A DNA stretch of 64,000 nucleotides from an uncultured Microthrixaceae bacterium (GTDB lineage: Bacteria > Actinomycetota > Acidimicrobiia > Acidimicrobiales > DATDAH01), in NCBI GenBank assembly GCA_964470715.1, contig CAYYDZ010000002.1:591-64590 (forward strand), written 5' to 3'. Below are positions 42,337 to 51,086 of the stretch, in pieces (the stretch's first letter is position 1; each line of letters opens with the position of its first letter). The position numbers were made by a program, and so were the translations under genes. Below the pieces are notes generated by a model. That model did not search any database and was not told where the DNA came from. It saw only the letters and a program-made list of their open reading frames with translations.

Positions 42337-44274
42337 TCAGCCCTCGGCGATCCAACCACTGATGGGTGAGGGAGCGGTGCTGGTCCCGCCGAAGTAGAAG
42401 CCCGAGGCCCACTTGAGGGCGGTCGTCGAGCCCGTGGGGCACTGGCGGGGGAGCGTCGACGAGGCCGAGCGGCTTCCCGGGCCGGCGACTCGGAACTCGT
42501 AACGCTGGCGATCGGCGGAGACGGCGAGCTCGAACCAGAGCGGTACGGGTTGGTCGAGCTGGGCCTGCGTGAGGGTGACCAGCGGGGTGGGAGGCGTGAG
42601 GTGCGCGCCGTCGTTGTTGGCGTAGGCCGTTATCTCGAGACGGCGGGGGGAGAGGTCGGTACGCCACCGCCACCCGAACATCCAGCCGTTCTGGGAGAGG
42701 TCGAGTGCGCCGCAGTCGGAGAGTCCGGGCAGCTTGTTCCAGTCGAACTGGTCCTCGGGTTGGGTGGGGTTGGTGAGCACGTAGGCCGCGCTCGCGTCGA
42801 ACAGGAAGTGGTAGCGACGGCCCGACGCGGTGCTGAATCCGGCGAGCGGGTTGGTGGCCTGGCTCCCACGGGTGACCGTCGCCGAGTGTGCACCGGTGGC
42901 GATGGAGTACCGGCTCCACCCGGGGCCGGCGAGAGGGGTCGGGAAGGTGGGGAGGCAGGGAGTGGGGGCAAGGGGGGCGCCGCAGCGCAGCGGCGCGAGG
43001 GACGTGTCCGCAAGGGCCGTGGCGCCCGCGGACACGGCGACGGGGGCGGCGCCGGCGTAGTCGGGGCTGTCGCCGGAGTACTCGAGACCTCGTCCGCCGG
43101 ACGCGTCCACCACCGCGGTCCGGTAGGTGCTCGGGGTCAACCCGTCGATGCGATACGCACCGTTCGTGCCCGTGGTGGTGGCACGCACACCGGTGGGACC
43201 GATGGCGAAGACCCAGGCGCCGGTGACCGGGTCCGTGCTCTCGTCCTCGCGCACCGTGCCCGCCACCGTCCCGGTCGTCACTGCCAGGTCCTCATCAAGG
43301 CCCACGGTGCCCTCCACCTGGACCGGGGTGGCGCTGGCGAGGCCGGAAGGATCGCGCTCGTCGTACCACTCCACGGCGTGCGCGCCGGTGGGATCGACGA
43401 TCTCGACCAGGTAGCGCCCGGTCGGCAGCGGCAGCGTGTAGGCGCCGTCGGCGAGGGCGCGGGCGCCACCGGCGAGGGCCAGCGTGCCCGAGTCGAGCGC
43501 GACGACCCAGGCGCCGGCGATCGGGGTGCCCGTTTCGGATTCGGTGACGTGGCCGGTCAACGAGCTCGTCGACGCGCCCGGCGGGGTCACCGGCGCCAGC
43601 GCCGGCGTGATCCGGGTCGTGGAGCCGGGGGTGACCTCGATGGTGGTCGCGGTCGTGATGCTCGCGGCATCGTCGTGGAACTCGGGGCGATGCCCACCGG
43701 CGGGGTCGACCACGACGACGAGGTGGCGCCCCACGGCGACGTCATCGAGGTGGAAGCCGCCGTCGGCGCCGGCGACCGCGCCCGCTTCGGGCCGTCCGGT
43801 GGCCGCGGAGAGCAGCGCCACCCATGCGCCGGGGATCGGCGTCCCGGTGCCGTCGCTGGTGACGGTGCCGGTGAGCGCACCGATGCGGCGGTTCATCAGT
43901 GGCTCCACCGCGGTACGACCGGTCGCGGTGGTCGCCACTGCGGTCGGGGCGCCGTGGAATCCGGCGGCGTGCACCCCGCTCGGGTCGACCAGGTAGAGGA
44001 AGTAGCTGCCGACAGGCAGCCCGCGGACGGTGAAGGCGCCGTCCGGTCCGGCCAACGCGCCGGCGACCAGCCCGAAGTCGGTGGTCCTCAGCACCGCCAC
44101 ATGGGCGCCCACCACAGGGTCACCGCTGGCGGCGTCTCGCACGGTGCCCTCGAGCACGGGCGCGGACTGCGCCCAGGTGGCGGGCCCTGGGCACAGGAGC
44201 GCACCGACGAGCGCGACGGCGACCGCCGCCGTGACCAGACGCGTCCCTCGACCCACCGCCGTCCCCTTCCGCAC
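42337..44274 (-). CDS. Secreted protein with four tandem carboxypeptidase-regulatory-like (Ig-like) repeats and an uncharacterised ~215-aa C-terminal domain
   Basis: Part of ORF 42337..44514, starting at the GTG at 44274 (VRKGTAVGRGTRLVTAAVAVALVGALLCPGPATWAQS signal peptide). The four ~92-105-aa repeats each have L(T/E)G(T/H)V...G.P..GAWV...DG.(F/Y)....(L/V)..G.Y.(V/L)..VD. Confidence 0.7.
   Translation of the reverse strand: MRKGTAVGRGTRLVTAAVAVALVGALLCPGPATWAQSAPVLEGTVRDAASGDPVVGAHVAVLRTTDFGLVAGALAGPDGAFTVRGLPVGSYFLYLVDPSGVHAAGFHGAPTAVATTATGRTAVEPLMNRRIGALTGTVTSDGTGTPIPGAWVALLSAATGRPEAGAVAGADGGFHLDDVAVGRHLVVVVDPAGGHRPEFHDDAASITTATTIEVTPGSTTRITPALAPVTPPGASTSSLTGHVTESETGTPIAGAWVVALDSGTLALAGGARALADGAYTLPLPTGRYLVEIVDPTGAHAVEWYDERDPSGLASATPVQVEGTVGLDEDLAVTTGTVAGTVREDESTDPVTGAWVFAIGPTGVRATTTGTNGAYRIDGLTPSTYRTAVVDASGGRGLEYSGDSPDYAGAAPVAVSAGATALADTSLAPLRCGAPLAPTPCLPTFPTPLAGPGWSRYSIATGAHSATVTRGSQATNPLAGFSTASGRRYHFLFDASAAYVLTNPTQPEDQFDWNKLPGLSDCGALDLSQNGWMFGWRWRTDLSPRRLEITAYANNDGAHLTPPTPLVTLTQAQLDQPVPLWFELAVSADRQRYEFRVAGPGSRSASSTLPRQCPTGSTTALKWASGFYFGGTSTAPSPISGWIAEG
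42991..44154 (-). repeat. Four tandem protein-domain repeats (coding) within the secreted protein gene
   Basis: Repeat boundaries counted by hand are residues 121-213, 214-318, 319-416 and 417-508 of the track ORF. They are diverged at the DNA level. Confidence 0.6.
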
Positions 44275-44371
44275 GTCGCCAGTATCCCCCGCGCGCCCGC
44301 CGGCAGGGCCATCGGTGCACGGCGGCCGGTGACTCGGTGTCGGCGCCCGTCCCCGCCGTACCATCCGTTGC

Positions 44372-44800
44372 ATGCGTGATGGCGCCGATCCGGCCACGAG
44401 CGCCGATGCACTGATCGAGGGGCTCGGCCTCGAGCGCCACCCCGAGGGCGGGTGGTTCCGGGAGACCTGGCGGGACCCGGACGTCGATGGGGCGCGAGGG
44501 AGCGGCACCGCCATCTACTTCCTGCTCCGCGCCGGGGAGCGCTCGCACTGGCACCGCGTCGACGCCGTCGAGATCTGGCACCACTACGACGGCGACCCCC
44601 TCGAGCTCGCCGTCGAGGGGGCGTCGCCGATCGTCCTCGGCCCCGCGGTCGCCGCCGGCCAGGTCCCCCAGGCCATCGTTCCCGCCGGGGCGTGGCAGTC
44701 CGCGCGGTCCCTGGGCGCCTGGACCCTGGTCGGCTGCACGGTGTCGCCGGCGTTCCGCTTCGAGGGCTTCGAGCTCGCCCCGGACGGCTGGTCGCCCTGA
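44372..44800 (+). CDS. Cupin-fold protein (DUF985-like)
   Basis: ORF 44372..44800. LGLERHPEGGWFRETWR ... IYFLL...SHWHRV.A.EIWHHY.G.PL is typical of the DUF985 cupin family. Confidence 0.7.
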   Translation: MRDGADPATSADALIEGLGLERHPEGGWFRETWRDPDVDGARGSGTAIYFLLRAGERSHWHRVDAVEIWHHYDGDPLELAVEGASPIVLGPAVAAGQVPQAIVPAGAWQSARSLGAWTLVGCTVSPAFRFEGFELAPDGWSP

Positions 44801-44820
44801 GCCTCCGCCTCGCGTAGCGT

Positions 44821-44841
44821 GCCCGTTCGGCGCCGACGGGC
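44821..44841 (+). terminator. Weak hairpin downstream of the cupin gene
   Basis: GCCCGT-tcggcgccg-ACGGGC forms a 6-bp stem, 21 nt after the stop. There is no U-tract. Confidence 0.2.
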
Positions 44842-44880
44842 CCGCGACGGCCGCGGGTGGCGCACACGGAGGGAACGGGC

Positions 44881-46113
44881 ATGGGAGCGATCGTGGTGCT
44901 GGGCGGAGCGGGCGGTGTGGGCCGGGTGGCCGCGGAGGCCCTCGCCCACGTGGCCGAGTTGGAGGAGGTCGTGGTGGCCGACGTCCGCCTGGAGTCGGTG
45001 ACCGCGGTGGTGGCAGAGCTGGAGGACGAGCGGTTCCGTCCGCTGGCGGTCGACGTCACCGACACGGTGGCCTTGGCCGACGCCATCGCCGGGGCGGACG
45101 TCGTGTTGAACTGCGTCGGCCCGTTCTACCGGTTCGGACCGCCCACCCTCGCGGCCGCCATCGCCGCAGGCGTGGGCTACGTCGACATCTGCGACGACCT
45201 GTCGGCCACCCGGGCGATGCTCGAGCTCGACGGCGCCGCCCGGGAGGCCGGCGTGACCGCGCTCATCGGCATGGGCAACTCGCCGGGCCTCGCCAACATC
45301 TTCGTGAAGCTCTGCGCAGAGCAGATGCTCGATGACGTCACCGGCGTCGACATCATGCACATCCACGGCGGTGAGCCCGAGGAGGGCCCGGCGGTCATCA
45401 AGCACCGCGTCCACGCCATGGTGAACGACGTCCCCCTGTTCGTGGACGGCGAGTTCGTCAACGTGCGCCAGCTCGGCGAGGACGGCGCCGCCTTCGTGCG
45501 CCACGAGGACTTCCCCGGCCTCGGCACCTTCCCCGTCTTCCCGTATCCCCACCCCGAGACCATCACCCTGCCGACCACGTTCCCGAGCCTGCGCCGGGCC
45601 ACCAACCTCGGGGTGGTGTTCCCTCTGGCGTACTTCACCATGACCCAGGACCTCGTCCGCTCGGGCATGGGCGGGGAGGAGCCGGTCGACGTGCTCGGTC
45701 ATGCGCTGGCTCCCATCGACATGATGGTGGCGGTGCTGCGCCACGAACGACCCCGTTTGCTGGCCGAAGCGGGCGTCACCGGCCCCGCCGGCGCCCTGCG
45801 GGTGGTGGTCGACGGACGCAAGGACGGAGCGGACCACCGCTACGTGTGCACGCTCGCGTCCACCGACGAGGGCGCGGGGGAGGGCACCGGCATCCCGGCG
45901 GCGCTGGGCGCGGTCCTGCACCGACGCGGGGCACTCGAGGGCGGTCCTGGTGTCCACGCGCCCGAGGCCATCGTGCCCGTGGCCCCCTTGCTCGACCTCG
46001 CCGGCGTGGTCGTGCGCTCGATGGGCGTGGGCGGCGGCGAGGGCATGCCGTTGCTGATCGAGCACACCGGCCCGGACGGCGCGGTGGAGCAGGTCCCGAT
46101 GACGCTCGGGTGA
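44881..46113 (+). CDS. Saccharopine dehydrogenase-family NAD(P)-binding oxidoreductase
   Basis: Part of ORF 44857..46113, starting at the ATG at 44881. MGAIVVLGGAGGVGRVAAEAL..., VVLNCVGPFYRFG, YVDICDD. Confidence 0.8.
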   Translation: MGAIVVLGGAGGVGRVAAEALAHVAELEEVVVADVRLESVTAVVAELEDERFRPLAVDVTDTVALADAIAGADVVLNCVGPFYRFGPPTLAAAIAAGVGYVDICDDLSATRAMLELDGAAREAGVTALIGMGNSPGLANIFVKLCAEQMLDDVTGVDIMHIHGGEPEEGPAVIKHRVHAMVNDVPLFVDGEFVNVRQLGEDGAAFVRHEDFPGLGTFPVFPYPHPETITLPTTFPSLRRATNLGVVFPLAYFTMTQDLVRSGMGGEEPVDVLGHALAPIDMMVAVLRHERPRLLAEAGVTGPAGALRVVVDGRKDGADHRYVCTLASTDEGAGEGTGIPAALGAVLHRRGALEGGPGVHAPEAIVPVAPLLDLAGVVVRSMGVGGGEGMPLLIEHTGPDGAVEQVPMTLG

Positions 46114-46165
46114 ACGTCCCGTTTCGGGCGGCGGGGCCCGACGAGACCGCCGTTAGGGTGCCGCG

Positions 46166-48862
46166 GTGGCCTCCGGGGACTATCCCGCCGAATGGGAGAC
46201 CGACGTGGTGCTGGCCGACGGTGCGACGCTGCACCTCCGGCCCATCCGTCCCGAGGACCGTGAGGCGCTGAACGCGCTCTTCGGGCGGCTCTCCGAGGAG
46301 ACCATCCAGTTCCGCTTCTTCACGCCGCTCCGGGAGCTGAGCGATGCGTGGCTGACCCGGCTCACCAACGTCGACTACGTCGATCGCATGGCGCTCGTCG
46401 GGGTGCTGGGCGACGATCTCGTGGCCGTCGGCCGCTACGACCGCCTGGACGACCCCACCCGGGCCGAGGCGGCCTTCACCGTCGAGGACGCCCACCAGGG
46501 TCGCGGCATCGGCACCCTGCTGCTGGAGCACCTGGCCCTCGCCGCCGGCGAGCGGGGCATCGACACGTTCACCGCCGAGGTGCTCACCGGCAACCGGCGC
46601 ATGCTCGACGTGTTCCACGACACCGCGTTCCCGGTGAGCCAGCACTTCGAGGGCGGCGCCATCCACGTGGAGTTCCCGATCACGCCGACCGAGGCCGCGC
46701 TGGTCGCCCAGGACCGACGCGAACGCCTCGCCGAGGCCCGCTCCATGGAGCGGCTGCTCGCGCCCCGGTCGATCGCCGTGGTGGGCGCCGGGCGCACCCC
46801 CGGCACCATCGGCCACGAGATCTTCCGCAACCTGGTGACGGGCGACTTCACCGGACCCGTGTACCCCGTCAACGCCACCGCCACCTCGGTGGCCGCGGTG
46901 CGGGCCTACCCGTCGGTGGTGGACATCCCCGGTGACGTCGATCTCGCGGTCATCGCCGTCCCCGCCGAGGCCGTGGCCGAGGTCGTGACCGACTGCGCCC
47001 GCCGCCAGGTGCACGGCCTGGTCATCATCACTGCCGGCTTCGCCGAGTTCGACGGAGGGAGCGATCGCCAGCGCGAGGTGGTCGAGCTCGCCCGCCGCAG
47101 CGGGATGCGCCTGATCGGCCCCAACTGCATGGGTCTGGTCAACACCAGCCCATCGATCCGTATGAACGCCACGTTCGCCCCGTTCGCCCCTGCGGCGGGA
47201 CGGGTGGCCTTCGCGTCGCAGTCCGGAGCGCTCGGCATCGAGCTCCTGCACCGTGCGGGGAGCCTCGGTCTGGGCGTCTCCAGCTTCGTCTCGCTGGGCA
47301 ACAAGGCCGACGTGAGCAGCAACGACCTCCTGCCGTACTGGCAGGAGGACCCCGAGACCGACGTGATCCTGCTGTACCTCGAGTCGTTCGGGAATCCCCG
47401 CAAGTTCGGCCGCCTCGCCCGTGAGATCGCCCGCACCAAGCCCATCGTCGCCGTGAAGGGAGGCCGCACGCCCACCGGGGTCCGGGCCGCTTCCTCCCAC
47501 ACGGCGGCGCTCTCGAGCCCCGACGCGACCGTCGGGGCGCTGTTCCGCCAGGCCGGCGTGATCCGGGTCGACACCCTCGAGCAGCTCTTCGACACCGCCC
47601 AGGTGCTCTCCCACCAGCCGCTGCCCGCGGGCCGGCGGTTGGCCATCGTCAGCAACGGTGGTGGCCCCGCCATCCTGGCCGCCGATGCCTGCGAGAGCTT
47701 CGGGCTCGAGGTGCCCGAGCTGAGCGACGCCCTCCAGGGTGAGCTCCGTGCGCTGAGCTCGCCCGAGGCCACGGTGCGCAACCCGATCGACCTGGTGGCC
47801 TCGGCCAGCGCCCACCACTTCGATGCTGCCCTGCGCACCTTGCTGGCCTCCGACGAGGTCGACGCCGTGCTGGCCATCTTCGTGCCGCCCATGGTCACCA
47901 ACACCGACGACGTGGCCCGTGCCATCGTGGGCGCGGCCGACGGCTCGAAGCCGGTCGTAGCCTGCTTCCTCGGCCAGGAGGGGGTGCCCGAGTCCCTGCG
48001 CGACGACGATCGGGCCATCCCGTCCTTCGCCTTCCCCGAGTCTGCGGTGCGGGCCATCGGCCGGGTGGCCGACCACGCCGCCTGGCTGCGCCGGCAGCCC
48101 GGCACGGTGCCGGACCTCCCGGGCATCGACCCGGAGGCCGGACGGGCGGTGGTGGACGGCTTCCTCGCCAGCCGGCCCGAGGGCGGGTGGCTGGACGCGG
48201 ACGACGCGCTGGCCCTCGTGCGGGCCTTCGGGGTGCGGGTGGTGGCCTCCCGCCAGGTGCACTCCGCCGACGAGGCGGTCGCCGCCGCTCGTGCCCTCGG
48301 GCTCCCCGTGGCCCTCAAGGCCGCCAGCGGCGCCCTCGTGCACAAGACCGACGTCGGTGCCGTGCGCCTCGGGCTCGCGTCCGACGACGCGGTGCTCGAC
48401 GCCTACGAGGCCATGGAGCGCCGCCTCGGCGCGGCCATGGGGGGTGGGATCGTCCAGCCGATGGCGGGCGACGGCATCGAGGTGATCGTGGGGATCCTCC
48501 ACGACCGCTCGTTCGGGCCGACCGTTGCCTTCGGCATGGGGGGCGTGCAGGCCGAGCTGCTCCGGGACACGGCGCTGCAACTGGTGCCGGTCACCGACGC
48601 AGACGCCCACGACCTCGTCCGCTCGCTGCGCCTCTCGCCGCTCTTCTTCGGGTACCGGGGCTCCGAGCCGGTCGATGTGGATGCCCTCGAGGACCTGCTG
48701 TTGCGGGTCAGCCTGATCGCCGACCACCTGCCCGAGGTGGTCGAGCTCGACGCCAACCCGGTCGTCGTCTCCACCGCCGGCGTGGCCGCCCTGGACGTGA
48801 AGGTGCGCCTCGAGGCGGCACCACCGTCGTACGACGCCCGCCGCGCCCTCAGCCCCGCCTAG
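46166..48862 (+). CDS. GNAT acetyltransferase fused to an ADP-forming acetyl-CoA synthetase-like module (Pat-type protein acetyltransferase, GNAT-first order)
   Basis: ORF 46166..48862 with a GTG start. N-terminal GNAT (HQGRGIGTLLLEHLA), then a CoA-binding domain (IAVVGAGRTPGTIGHEIFRNL), succinyl-CoA-synthetase-like flavodoxin domains and a C-terminal ATP-grasp (LPVALKAASGALVHKTDVGAVRL). Confidence 0.8.
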   Translation: MASGDYPAEWETDVVLADGATLHLRPIRPEDREALNALFGRLSEETIQFRFFTPLRELSDAWLTRLTNVDYVDRMALVGVLGDDLVAVGRYDRLDDPTRAEAAFTVEDAHQGRGIGTLLLEHLALAAGERGIDTFTAEVLTGNRRMLDVFHDTAFPVSQHFEGGAIHVEFPITPTEAALVAQDRRERLAEARSMERLLAPRSIAVVGAGRTPGTIGHEIFRNLVTGDFTGPVYPVNATATSVAAVRAYPSVVDIPGDVDLAVIAVPAEAVAEVVTDCARRQVHGLVIITAGFAEFDGGSDRQREVVELARRSGMRLIGPNCMGLVNTSPSIRMNATFAPFAPAAGRVAFASQSGALGIELLHRAGSLGLGVSSFVSLGNKADVSSNDLLPYWQEDPETDVILLYLESFGNPRKFGRLAREIARTKPIVAVKGGRTPTGVRAASSHTAALSSPDATVGALFRQAGVIRVDTLEQLFDTAQVLSHQPLPAGRRLAIVSNGGGPAILAADACESFGLEVPELSDALQGELRALSSPEATVRNPIDLVASASAHHFDAALRTLLASDEVDAVLAIFVPPMVTNTDDVARAIVGAADGSKPVVACFLGQEGVPESLRDDDRAIPSFAFPESAVRAIGRVADHAAWLRRQPGTVPDLPGIDPEAGRAVVDGFLASRPEGGWLDADDALALVRAFGVRVVASRQVHSADEAVAAARALGLPVALKAASGALVHKTDVGAVRLGLASDDAVLDAYEAMERRLGAAMGGGIVQPMAGDGIEVIVGILHDRSFGPTVAFGMGGVQAELLRDTALQLVPVTDADAHDLVRSLRLSPLFFGYRGSEPVDVDALEDLLLRVSLIADHLPEVVELDANPVVVSTAGVAALDVKVRLEAAPPSYDARRALSPA

Positions 48863-48869
48863 GCAGGGC

Positions 48870-49799
48870 TCAGGTGCCGCCTGGGAGGTCGTGGCCGGCG
48901 CGCTCCCAGGCCTTCCAGTAGGCACGGAGGCGGCGGGCGAAGGCCTTGGGCTTCTCGGCGTACACCTGCACCCCGAGGCCCGCGGCGTGGTGCTGGAGAG
49001 CGACCCTGCGTTCGGCGGCGAGGGTGGCGGCGGCCTCCGCGGCCGCGGCGCCCCCGAAGGCCTCGGGGTCGACGCCCACCAGATCGGTCAGGACGGCGAG
49101 GTCGTGGTCGTCGCCGAGGTCCTCGGAGAGCACGTGCAGCAGCTTGGCCGTCGGGTCGAGCACGGCGGGCGCCGCTGGGCTGATCAGGCGTACGGCGTAC
49201 CAGAGGTCCTTCTCGCGCTTGCGCCACTCGTGGAAGGCCTCGTCGTCCTCGCCGCCGACCGCGGCGTGCATGGCGGCGCCTCCCAGCCGGTAGGTGGTGG
49301 TCACGCCGTCGATGAGGACGTCGAGGTCGTCCTCGACGTCGGCCTCGGCCACGGTGGCGCGCAGCGCATCCAGGCCCTCGAGGGCGCGCTGCACCTGGTC
49401 GTGCTGGCCCGCCACCGCCTGGGTGGCCTCGTGGGCCCGGCGTGACAGCTCGGCGCGAACGGCGAAGATCCCGCTGATGGGCACCCCGTCGGCGTCGTTG
49501 GCCAGTAGGCGGTCGAACGAGGCGAGCAGGGCGTGGGCGTCGCGGATGGAGGAGATCTCCGCGGCGGCGTCGCGGGCGGCCTGGTTGATCTCACGGAAGG
49601 TGGCCTTGGCCAGGCCGGGGCGCACCAGGCGGGCGAGGCCGCGGACCTTCTTGCAGCGCTTGCGGACGTCGTGGACGGTGGCCTCGACGCCGCGCACCTC
49701 GGGGTGCGCCAGGCCGTCGACCGCGCTGTCCAGCTCTTCGCCGGCGATGCGCCGGAACCCGTCGGCGATGCCCTCGCCGGCCTTCCACTGGTAGCTCAC
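48870..49799 (-). CDS. CHAD-domain protein
   Basis: ORF 48870..49799. TVHDVRKRCKKVRGLARLVRP ... AIRDAHALL ... WHEWRKREKDLWY is a typical CHAD helical-repeat pattern. Confidence 0.75.
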   Translation of the reverse strand: MSYQWKAGEGIADGFRRIAGEELDSAVDGLAHPEVRGVEATVHDVRKRCKKVRGLARLVRPGLAKATFREINQAARDAAAEISSIRDAHALLASFDRLLANDADGVPISGIFAVRAELSRRAHEATQAVAGQHDQVQRALEGLDALRATVAEADVEDDLDVLIDGVTTTYRLGGAAMHAAVGGEDDEAFHEWRKREKDLWYAVRLISPAAPAVLDPTAKLLHVLSEDLGDDHDLAVLTDLVGVDPEAFGGAAAAEAAATLAAERRVALQHHAAGLGVQVYAEKPKAFARRLRAYWKAWERAGHDLPGGT

Positions 49800-49847
49800 G
49801 GCTGGTCGCCCTCGCGGTCGGTGCTGGTGTCGGGGTACGTGGGAGCC

Positions 49848-51086
49848 TCAGCCTCGGCCGACGACGAAGGTGGCCACGGTGGTGAGGCTGCCCCCCAAGT
49901 TAAGGGTCGCGACCCGCCGTGCACCCTCGACCTGGCCGTCGCCCGCGCTCCCGGTGACCTGGCGGGAGGCGTCCCAGAGCATGCGCACCCCCGTGGCGCC
50001 CACGGGGTGGCCGGCCGCCAGCAGGCCGCCTGAGGGGTTCACGGGGAGTTCGCCGCCGAGCTCGGTGCGCCCGTCCTCGATGGCCTTCCAGCTCTCGCCG
50101 GGAGCGGTGAGCCCGAGGTGGTCGAGGGCCGCGTATTCGCTGATGGTGAAGCAGTCGTGGGTCTCCACGGCGTCGAGCTCGTCGACCGACGCCAGGCCGG
50201 CCCGCGAGAAGGCGTCGAGGGCGGCGGCCCGCAGCTGCGGGAACACGTACGGCTCGCCGTGGCTGGCCGCGAACTTGTCGGCCATGGTCATGCGGGCCGT
50301 GCGGTGGCCCCAGCCCTCGATGCGGGCCACGTCGGCGAGGTCGACGCCGCGCGCCGTGGCCCAGGCCTCGGCGTAACGCGGGGTGGCCAGGACGACCGCG
50401 GCGGCGCCGTCGGTGACCTGCGAGCAGTCCGAGCGGCGGAGGCGGCCGGCGACCACGGGGTTGGTCTCGTCGTCGGCGGCGAAGGTGGCGTCGCCCACGG
50501 CCCACGTGCGGGTCTGGGCGAGGGGGTTGCCTTTGGCGTTGGTGAACGCCTTGCGGGCGATTGCCGCGAGGTGCACGTCGTCCAGGCCGTAGCGGCGGTC
50601 GTACTCGTCGGCCACGTCGCTGAACAGCTTCGGCCACGGGTACTCGAGGCCGACGACCTCGTCGTGCGCCCGTCCGGCGGCGCTGAGGGCGGCTTGGGCG
50701 GCGAAGCCGCCATCGGCCCGCATCAGCTCGACGCCCACGACGAGGGCGACGTCGGCCCGTCCCGCCGCCAGGTCGGCGGTGGCGGCGAGCACGGCCATGC
50801 TCCCGGAGGCGCAGGCCGCCTCGTGGCGGCTGATGGCGATGCCCTCGAGCTCGGGCACGGCGTCGACGAGCAGGCCGCCCAGGTGACCTTGGCCGGAGTA
50901 GATCTCGGCGGCGAAGTTGCCGACGTGGGCGACGCCGACCTCGGAGGCATCCAGTCGGGCAGCGGCGAGGGCGCCCCGGGCGGCTTCGCCAAGGAGGTCG
51001 GTGAGGCCGAGGCCCTCGCGCGTGGCGTTGCGGGCGAAGTCGCTCTGATGGCCCCCGAGGACGTACGGGGTCGGCTCGTCGCTCAC
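49848..51086 (-). CDS. Thiolase-fold protein (SCP-x / non-specific lipid-transfer-type thiolase)
   Basis: C-terminal 412 codons of ORF 49848..51839. The GTG at 51086 overlaps the upstream TGA (GTGA). Motifs: RHEAACASGSMAV (active-site Cys), ETHDCFT, NPSGGLLAAGHPVGATG. Confidence 0.8.
   Translation of the reverse strand: MSDEPTPYVLGGHQSDFARNATREGLGLTDLLGEAARGALAAARLDASEVGVAHVGNFAAEIYSGQGHLGGLLVDAVPELEGIAISRHEAACASGSMAVLAATADLAAGRADVALVVGVELMRADGGFAAQAALSAAGRAHDEVVGLEYPWPKLFSDVADEYDRRYGLDDVHLAAIARKAFTNAKGNPLAQTRTWAVGDATFAADDETNPVVAGRLRRSDCSQVTDGAAAVVLATPRYAEAWATARGVDLADVARIEGWGHRTARMTMADKFAASHGEPYVFPQLRAAALDAFSRAGLASVDELDAVETHDCFTISEYAALDHLGLTAPGESWKAIEDGRTELGGELPVNPSGGLLAAGHPVGATGVRMLWDASRQVTGSAGDGQVEGARRVATLNLGGSLTTVATFVVGRG

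Noticed and set aside
45776-48925. 1049-aa minus-strand ORF opposite the GNAT/ACS gene
   Set aside because: This is an antisense artefact. The plus strand has GNAT, CoA-binding and ATP-grasp motifs.
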